Source of the DNA: Ranitomeya imitator
Lineage: Eukaryota
DNA: 64,000 bases
Assembly: GCF_032444005.1 (NCBI RefSeq)
Contig: NC_091283.1
Span: 176,762,001 to 176,826,000, forward strand
Direction of reading: 5' to 3'
This document shows positions 55,101 to 64,000 of this stretch, piece by piece. Under the pieces are notes generated by a model. It searched no databases. It had not been told where the DNA came from and saw only the letters and a list, made by a program, of their open reading frames with translations. The position numbers and the translations under genes were made by a program. Each line of letters begins with the position of its first letter. Position 1 is the stretch's first letter.

Positions 55101-58100
55101 GTGGGGGTCAGCGGCATTCACGCCCCATATATTCTCCCAGATGTGGGGGTCAGTGGCTGCCACCCCCCATATATTCTCCTCCCAGATGTGGGGGTCAGTG
55201 GCTGCCATCCCCCATATATTCTCTTCCCAGATGTGGGGGTCAGTGGCTGCCACCCCCCATATATTCTCCTCCCAGATGTGGGGGTCAGCGGCATTCACGC
55301 CCCATATATTCTCCCAGATGTGGGGCTCAGCGGCTGCCACCCTCCATATATTCTCCTCCCAGATGTGGGGGTCAGCGGCATTCACCCCCCATATATTCTC
55401 CTCCCAGATGTGGGGGTCAGCGGCATTCACCCCCCATATATTCTACTCCCAGATGTGGGGCTCTGCGGCATTCACCCCCCATATATTCTCCTCCCAGATG
55501 TGGAGGTCAGCGGCATTCACCCCCCATACATTCTCTCAGATGTGGGGCTCAGCGGCATTCACCCCCCATATATTCTCCTCCCAGATGTGGGGGTCAGCGG
55601 CATTCACGCCCCATATATTCTCCCAGATGTGGGGCTCAGCGGCTGCCACCCCCCATATATTCTCCTCCCAGATGTGGGGGTCAGCGGCATTCACCCCCCA
55701 TATATTCTCCTCCCAGATGTGGGGGTCAGCGGCATTCACCCCCCATATATTCTCCCAGATGTGGGGCTCAGCGGCATTCACCCCCCATATATTCTCTTCC
55801 CAGATGTGGGGCTCAGCGGCATTCACCCCCCATATATTCTCCTCCCAGATGTGGGGGTCAGCAGCATTCACCCCCCATATATTCTCCCAGATGTGGGGGT
55901 CAGCGGCATTCACCCCCCATATATTCTCCTCCCAGATGTGGGGCTCTGCGGCATTCACCCCCCATATATTCTCCTCCCAGATGTGGAGGTGAGCGGCATT
56001 CACCCCCCATATATTCTCTCAGATGTGGGGCACAGCGGCATTCACCCCCCATATATTCTCCTCCCAGATGTGGGGCTCTGCGGCATTCACCCCCCATATA
56101 TTCTCTTCCCAGATGTGGGGGTCAGCGGCATTCACCCCCCATATATTCTCCTCCCAGATGTGGGGGTCAGTGGCATTCACCCCCCATATATTCTCCTCCC
56201 AGATGTGGGGGTCAGCGGCATTCACCCCCCATATATTCTCCCAGATGTGGGGCTCTGCGGCATTCACGCCCCATATATTCTCCTCCCAGATGTGGGGGTC
56301 AGTGGCTGCCACCCCCCATATATTCTCCTCCCAGATGTGGGGGTCAGCGGCATTCACGCCCCATATATTCTCCCAGATGTGGGGGTCAGTGGCTGCCACC
56401 CCCCATATATTCTCCTCCCAGATGTGGGGGTCAGTGGCTGCCATCCCCCATATATTCTCTTCCCAGATGTGGGGGTCAGTGGCTGCCACCCCCCATATAT
56501 TCTCCTCCCAGATGTGGGGGTCAGCGGCATTCACGCCCCATATATTCTCCCAGATGTGGGGCTCAGCGGCTGCCACCCTCGATATATTCTCCTCCCAGAT
56601 GTGGGGGTCAGCGGCATTCACCCCCCATATATTCTCCTCCCAGATGTGGGGGTCAGCGGCATTCACCCCCCATATATTCTACTCCCAGATGTGGGGCTCT
56701 GCGGCATTCACCCCCCATATATTCTCCTCCCAGATGTGGAGGTCAGCGGCATTCACCCCCCATATATTCTCTCAGATGTGGGGCTCAGCGGCATTCACCC
56801 CCCATATATTCTCCTCCCAGATGTGGGGGTCAGCGGCATTCACGCCCCATATATTCTCCCAGATGTGGGGCTCAGCGGCTGCCACCCCCCATATATTCTC
56901 CTCCCAGATGTGGGGGTCAGCGGCATTCACCCCCCATATATTCTCCTCCCAGATGTGGGGGTCAGCGGCATTCACCCCCCATATATTCTCCCAGATGTGG
57001 GGCTCAGCGGCATTCACCCCCCATATATTCTCTTCCCAGATGTGGGGGTCAGCGGCATTCACCCCCCATATATTCTCCTCCCAGATGTGGGGCTCTGCGG
57101 CATTCACCCCCCATATATTCTCCTCCCAGATGTGGAGGTGAGCGGCATTCACCCCCCATATATTCTCTCAGATGTGGGGCACAGCGGCATTCACCCCCCA
57201 TATATTCTCCTCCCAGATGTGGGGCTCTGCGGCATTCACCCCCCATATATTCTCTTCCCAGATGTGGGGGTCAGCGGCATTCACCCCCCATATATTCTCC
57301 TCCCAGATGTGGGGGTCAGTGGCATTCACCCCCCATATATTCTCCTCCCAGATGTGGGGGTCAGCGGCATTCACCCCCCATATATTCTCCCAGATGTGGG
57401 GCTCTGCGGCATTCACGCCCCATATATTCTCCTCCCAGATGTGGGGGTCAGTGGCTGCCACCCCCCATATATTCTCCTCCCAGATGTGGGGGTCAGCGGC
57501 ATTGACGCCCCATATATTCTCCCAGATGTGGGGGTCAGTGGCTGCCACCCCCCATATATTCTCCTCCCAGATGTGGGGGTCAGTGGCTGCCATCCCCCAT
57601 ATATTCTCTTCCCAGATGTGGGGGTCAGTGGCTGCCACCCCCCATATATTCTCCTCCCAGATGTGGGGGTCAGCGGCATTCACGCCCCATATATTCTCCC
57701 AGATGTGGGGCTCAGCGGCTGCCACCCTCCATATATTCTCCTCCCAGATGTGGGGGTCAGCGGCATTCACCCCCCATATATTCTCCTCCCAGATGTGGGG
57801 GTCAGCGGCATTCACCCCCCATATATTCTACTCCCAGATGTGGGGCTCTGCGGCATTCACCCCCCATATATTCTCCTCCCAGATGTGGAGGTCAGCGGCA
57901 TTCACCCCCCATATATTCTCTCAGATGTGGGGCTCAGCGGCATTCACCCCCCATATATTCTCCTCCCAGATGTGGGGGTCAGCGGCATTCACGCCCCATA
58001 TATTCTCCCAGATGTGGGGCTCAGCGGCTGCCACCCCCCATATATTCTCCTCCCAGATGTGGGGGTCAGCGGCATTCACCCCCCATATATTCTCCTCCCA

Positions 58101-59391
58101 GATGTGGGGGTCAGCGGCATTCACCCCCCATATATTCTCCCAGATGTGGGGCTCAGCGGCATTCACCCCCCATATATTCTCTTCCCAGATGTGGGGCTCA
58201 GCGGCATTCACCCCCCATATATTCTCCTCCCAGATGTGGGGGTCAGCAGCATTCACCCCCCATATATTCTCCCAGATGTGGGGGTCAGCAGCATTCACCC
58301 CCCATATATTCTCCTCCCAGATGTGGGGCTCTGCGGCATTCACCCCCCATATATTCTCCTCCCAGATGTGGAGGTGAGCGGCATTCACCCCCCATATATT
58401 CTCTCAGATGTGGGGCACAGCGGCATTCACCCCCCATATATTCTCCTCCCAGATGTGGGGCTCTGCGGCATTCACCCCCCATATATTCTCTTCCCAGATG
58501 TGGGGGTCAGCGGCATTCACCCCACATATATTCTCCTCCCAGATGTGGGGGTCAGTGGCATTCACCCCCCATATATTCTCCTCCCAGATGTGGGGGTCAG
58601 CGGCATTCACCCCCCATATATTCTCCTCCCAGATGTGGGGCTCTGCGGCATTCACCCCCCATATATTCTCCCAGATGTGGGGGTCAGTGGCTGCCACCCC
58701 CCATATATTCTCCTCCCAGATGTGGGGGTCAGTGGCTGCCACCCCCCATATATTCTCCTCCCAGATGTGGGGGTCAGTGGCTGCCACCCCCCATATATTC
58801 TCCTCCCAGATGTGGGGGTCAGTGGCTGCCACCCCCCATATATTCTCCTCCCAGATGTGGGGGTCAGTGGTTGCCATCCCCCATATATTCTCCTCCCAGA
58901 TGTGGGGGTCAGTGGCTGCCATCCCCCATATATTCTCTTCCCAAATGTAGGGGTCAGTGGCTGCCACCCCCCATATATTCTGCTCCCAGATGCAGGGGTC
59001 AGCGGCATTTACCCCCCATATATTCTCCCAGATGTGGGGCTCAGCGGCTTTCCCCCCCTATATATTCTCCCAGATGTGGGGGCTCAGCAGCATTTACCCC
59101 CCATATATTCTCCCAGATGTGGGGCTCAGCAGCATTCACCCCCATATATTCTCCTCCCAGATGTGGAGGCTCAGCGGCATTCACCCCCCATATATTCTCC
59201 CAGATGTGGGGCACAGCGGCATTCACCCCCATATATTCTCCTCCCAGATGTAGGGGTCAGCGGCATTCACCCCCCATATATTCTCCCAGATGTGGGGCTC
59301 TGCGGTATTCACCCCCATATATTCTCCTCCCAGATGTAGGGGTCAGCGGCATTCACCCCCCATATATTCTCCCAGATGTGGGGCTCATATA
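43125..59391. repeat. Giant minisatellite/satellite array, 45-bp and 42-bp units, roughly 360-370 copies, with higher-order repeats
   Basis: Consensus CCAGATGTGGGGGTCAGTGGCTGCCACCCCCCATATATTCTCCTC (45 nt). The 42-nt variant lacks one CTC; a second subtype carries GCGGCATTCAC in place of GTGGCTGCCAC. Diagnostic variants recur at fixed offsets. Confidence 0.98.
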
Positions 59392-61639
59392 TACTGCGCT
59401 TCAGAAGGAGGCAGCCTGCTTCTAGCTGGTCTCCCGCTGATGTTCCTCTCCTTTTGCTATGACTTTGTTTCTCACTCACTGCAACACGATTCCTTTCAAT
59501 GTCTCTTTCTTTGGATGCTGCCGCATGGGATGCAGGCGCTGCTCCGTGTACCCTCGCCTTCCGCAGGCCGCAGTCTGGAGCTGGCTGGAACGCACTCCAA
59601 CCAGCCTCTGCCAAACTCGGTCGGGACTCACTGACTATCTCCTACTCCCTCTAGTCAGCTTCTGTCTAACTTCCTACACCTGGCCAGGACTGTGACTCAG
59701 AGACAACTGCATTCCCACCTTCAACCACTGGAGGGAACCCAAAAGCAGAATTCACAACACTCTGATGACAACGGCTCCGAGTCTCTAGGTGGCGATGGCA
59801 GGGAGTCGATGGGCACTAGGAGGGTCTCGTCGGTGGCCGGGGCAGGTTCGGATCGCTTACCTGCCGCCGTGGCGTCTCCGGTGCCAGTCTCCTCCACTAC
59901 AGGTGGCGGCTCCGTCGGCTGGCTACGCTGCTGCTCCTGGACGCTAGCAGTTGTGCGGTACCAGGATTTCTGGAGCTGGCGACACAGCTCCTCGACTTCC
60001 GCGCCGAGAACCTCCGGGTTCATACAAGGCGGGGAGGCCTCTTCGGCTTCTGATTGATGGACAGCACTGCGGGTATTCGCCCCCTCCTCCTCCTCTGGAG
60101 GGCGGTTCCTTCTTCCTCCACCATCCCAGACTAGGAGGTGGATGGGCATATTTTTCTGACATAGTAGTATCTGTGAGGGGATGGCTCCATTTTCGCGCTG
60201 TTCTTCCAGGCTATGCCCACTATGACACGCCCCACTCCTCCTTCATGCCGCATGGCGCTGTAATGGCGGTGGTTTGGGCGGGAATTTTGGCGGTAAATGG
60301 CATTACACAGTCTTTAAGCACAAACAGTTCAAATACGATTCTGGCACAGTTCTTATGCGCACATGACCCGATTTTTCAGGCTTAAGTAGATCCTGTTTGT
60401 GACGCCAAAATGGATCGCCCCCACGTTAGGGCAGTGGGGTACTCGGTACCGGGCCCCTTCGGTTCTCAGTGGGGATGTCACGGTGGCTGACCTGGTCCGT
60501 GGCCCTAGGGGAACGTCCGCTGATAAATGTGGGGATAGGTCTTTAAAAGGATAATGTTCGTGACGCCACCTGTGGTATTCGGTCAGGGTGACCGACGCTG
60601 CTTAGGGGTCCGCTGGGGTGATGTTATGGTAGCTAGATGGTATACCTTCCCACAGGTGAAGTATGTCCCCAGGGCTTCCCAGAATGTAGATGGTGGATGA
60701 TGTAAGGCGCAGTGAATAACGAGGACACAAGGTTGCAGTCTCTTTACCTTTACTGAAGGCTTCAGCATCCACAGTCCAGGGTAGGGACCACAGAGTAGGC
60801 AGAGTCCGGCCGGTCTGAAGGCAAATCCAGAGTCTCCTTATCCAGGTGGAATTCAATAGCCTTCCCCTAGCGCTGGGCGTTGTAGTACCTCCCTGCTGAG
60901 CAACTCGGTAAGGTCCTCACAACTATTGTAGATGTTAAGTCTCTTCTCTCTGTCCCCCTGACGGATAGGATAAACTCGTATGACTGGTGGCCTGAGGCTT
61001 TTTATAGGGACTCTAGAGACGCCCCAGCCCCCACAAGTTGCCACCGTGCCTCCTGAATATATGGTCGGGCAGCCAACATGGAATCAACTGTCCTGCCAGT
61101 CTCTGAAGTAACGGCATAGAGATCCTTACTCCCTCGGTGTTCTGGCTACCGGTACTGCACTTCAGAAGGAGGCAGCCTGCTTCTAGCTGGTCTCCCGCTG
61201 ATGTTCCTCTCCTTTTGCTATGACTTAGTTTCTCACTCACTGCAACACAATTCCTTTCAATGTCTCTTTCTTTGGATGCTGCCGCATGGGATGCAGGCGC
61301 AGCTCCGTGTACCCTCGCCTTCCGCAGGCCGCAGTCTGGAGCTGGCTGGAACCCACTCCAACCAGCCTCTGCCAAACTCGGTCGGGACTCACTGACTATC
61401 TCCTACTCCCTCCAGTCAGCTTCTGTCTAACTTCCTAACCAACCCACCAGTTTTACCCAAGTGTGATGAGTGCCCTAGTAGATGGAAGCTTAGCTCCCCC
61501 TGGCAGACTGGAGTGTGAAGTGTGTTTTGTGGTTGTGATACCTGGACAGAAGAGCTCCTTCATTGCCTTCAGACGTAACATCACTCCCCCTGGTGGAAGA
61601 ATATCATTACTGCAACGACCAGGACTCTGGGGCGCTGCA
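59392..61639 (-). mobile_element. Truncated, internally deleted LTR retrotransposon remnant
   Basis: LTR 60571-61639 (TG...CA); partial second LTR copy 59392-59676 = 61153-61437 (offset 1761); PBS-like matches at 60555-60568 and 60390-60407; degenerate gag-like ORFs at 60162-59721. The left end is cut by the satellite, so no TSD can be tested. Confidence 0.72.
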
Positions 61640-64000
61640 TTAGCACCCATGGAATTCGCCTTCCATGTATTCTCCCAGATGTGAGGGCCAGCGGCATCCA
61701 CCCTCCATGTATTCTACTCCCAGATGTGGAAGTCAGAGATATCCACCCTCCATGTATTCTCCTCCCAAACGTGGGGACCAGTGGCGGCCACCCCCCATGT
61801 ATTCTACCAGATATGAGGGCCAGCGGCATTCACCCCCCCATGTACACTGTGTGCAAAATTATTAGGAAAGTTGTATTTTAGAGGATTATTTTATTATTGA
61901 TCAACAACTATGTTCTCAATTAACCCAAAAGACTCATAAATATCAAAGCTTAATATTTTTGGAAGTTGGAGTGGTTTTTTTTTAGATTTGGCTATCTTAG
62001 GAGGATATCTGTTTGTGCAGGTAACTATTACTGTGCAGAATTATTAGGCAACTTAATAAAAACCAAATATATTCCCATCTCACTTGTTTATTTTCACCAG
62101 GTAAACCAACATCACTGCACAAAATTTAGAAATAAACATTTCTGAGATGCAAAAACAAAACCCCAAAAAATTAGTGACCAATGTAACCACCTTTCCTTAT
62201 GATGACATTCAACAGCCTCCATCCATAGATTCTGTCAGTTGCTTGATCTGTTTACGATCAACATTACGTGCAGCAGCAACCACAGCCTCCCAGACACTGC
62301 TCCGAGAGGTGGACTGTTTTCCCTCCCTGTAGATCTCACATTTTATGAGGGACCACAGGTTCTCTATGAGGTTCAGATCAGGTGAACAAGCGGGCCATGT
62401 CATTATTTTTTCTCCTTTGAGACCTTTACTGGCCAGCCACACTGTGGAGTAGTTGGAGGCATCTGATGGAGCATTGTCCTGCATGAAAATCATGTTTTTG
62501 TTGAACGATACCGACTTCTTCCTGTACCACTGCTTGAATGAGTTGTCTTCTAGAAACTGGCAGTAGGTCTGGGAGTTGAGCTTCACTCCATCCTCAACCC
62601 GAAAAGGTCCCACAAGTTCATCTTTGATGATACCAGCCCATACCAGTACCCCACCTCCATCTTGCTGGCGTCTGAGTCGGAGTGGAGCTCTCTGCCCTTT
62701 ACTGATCCAGCCTCTGACCCATCCATCTGGCCCATCAAGAGTCACTCTCATTTCATTAGTCCATAAAACCTTTGAAAAGTCAGTCTTAAGATATTCCTTG
62801 GCCCAGTCTTGACGTTATATCTTCTGTATCTTGTTCAAAGGTGGTCGTTTTCAGCCTTTCTTACCTTGGCCATGTCCCTGAGTATCGCACACCTTGTGCT
62901 TTTTGTTACTCCAGTAACGTTGCAGCTCTGAAATATGGCAAAACTGGTGGCAAATGGCATCTTGGCAGCTTCACGCTTGATTTTCCTCAATTCATTTGTT
63001 ATTTTGCGCCTTTTTTGCCCAACACGCTTCTTGTGACACTGTTGGCTATTTGCCATGAAATTCTTGATTGTTCGGTGATCACGCTTCAAAAGTTTGGCAA
63101 TTTCAAGACTGCTGCATCCCTCTGTAAGACATCTCACAATTTTGGACTTTTCAGAGTCCTTCAAATCTTTCTTCTGACCCATTTTGCCAAAGGAAAGGAA
63201 GTTGCCCAATAATTAAGCACACCTTATATAGGGTTTTGATTTCATTAGACAACACCCCTCCTCATTACAGAGATGCACATCACCTGAATTACTTAATTGG
63301 TAGTTGGCTCTCAAACCTGAACAGCTTGGAGTAGGACAACATGTATAAAAAGTATCATGTGATCAAAATACAACTTGCCTAATAATTCTGCACACAGTGT
63401 ATTCTCCTCGCAGATGTGGGGGTCAGCGGCATCCACCCTCCATGTATTCTCCTCCCAGATGTGGAGACCAGTGGCGGCCACCCCCCATGTATTCTACCAG
63501 ATATGAGGGCCAGCGGCATCCACTGTGCAAGTATTCTCCTCCCAAATGTGGAGGCCAGCGGCACCCACCCTCCATGTATTCTCCTCCAGAAGTGGGTGCC
63601 ATCGCCATCCAAATCCCATGTATTCTCCTCCCAAAAGTGGGTGCCATTGGTATCCAAACCCCATGTATTCTCAACCCAGATGTGCAGGCCAGCGGCAGTC
63701 ACCCTCCATGTATTCCCCACCCAGATGTGCAGGCCAGCGGTGGCCACCCTCCATGTATTCTCCTCCCAGATGAAGGTGCCAGTGGCATCCACCCTCCATG
63801 TATTCTCCTTCCAGATGTTGGAGCCAGTGGCAGCCACCCTATATGCACAGTATTCTCCCACAAGATGTGGGGGCTGGTGGCATCCTCTTTCCATGTATTC
63901 TCCTCCCAGATGTGGGGGCCAGCTGCAGACACCTCCCATGTATTCTCTACCGAGATGTGGGGGCCAGCGGCAGCCACCGTCCATGCCTTCTTCACCTAGA
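61640..64000. repeat. Older, diverged version of the 45/42-bp satellite (CATGTATTCTC subtype), interrupted by Tc1
   Basis: Units such as CCATGTATTCTCCTCCCAGATGTGGAGACCAGTGGCGGCCACCCC at 61650-61844 and 63401-64000, with much higher unit-to-unit divergence. Confidence 0.9.
61845..63399 (-). mobile_element. Tc1-like transposon (IR/DR type), frameshifted transposase
   Basis: TA TSD (61843-61844, 63400-63401) inside a satellite unit; TIR CACTGTGTGCAAAATTATTAGG / CCTAATAATTCTGCACACAGTG; inner direct-repeat copies ~62033-62055 and ~63200-63222; transposase fragments MGQKKDL.., TDEMRVTLDGPDG, QDNAPS, SPDLNLIENLW. Confidence 0.93.

Noticed and set aside
43099-55992. 4297-aa ORF (and the 2004-aa and other array ORFs) as annotated genes
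   Set aside because: Openness follows from a stop-free 3n unit; the peptide type switches at frameshifts, and there is no non-repetitive domain. Kept only as a hypothesis under findings.
43125-59391. CRISPR-like array
   Set aside because: No unique spacers, no cas genes, and a vertebrate context.

Overview
Vertebrate genomic DNA, most likely a frog given the gene set and the dense TTAA-, TWA- and 8-bp-TSD MITEs, DIRS and Tc1 elements. Four spliced genes could be rebuilt exon by exon with consistent phases: the 3' part of ODF2/cenexin (+, 464-13740), PTGES2 (-, 16126-20890), BBLN/C9orf16 (+, 21043-22295, head-to-head with PTGES2 across 152 bp) and CIZ1 (-, 26426-40677, with a probable non-coding first exon near 42.6 kb). 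Introns carry an internally deleted DIRS1-type retrotransposon with intact ITRs and ICR, an 803-bp near-perfect palindromic MITE, a Tc1 element, a decayed Gmr1-type (INT-before-RT) LTR element and many MITEs. The dominant unexplained structure is a ~16.3-kb array of 45/42-bp units (43.1-59.4 kb) starting ~0.4 kb upstream of the CIZ1 promoter. Its common length variants preserve frame, five of six frames are largely stop-free, each unit can fold into a hairpin, and it shows 1.1-1.4-kb and 6.06-kb higher-order repeats. An older, diverged version of the array continues to the window end, interrupted by an LTR remnant with two tRNA-Ser primer-binding sites and by a second Tc1. No tRNA, rRNA or CRISPR features were found. 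Homology calls rest on recalled human protein sequences, not database searches.
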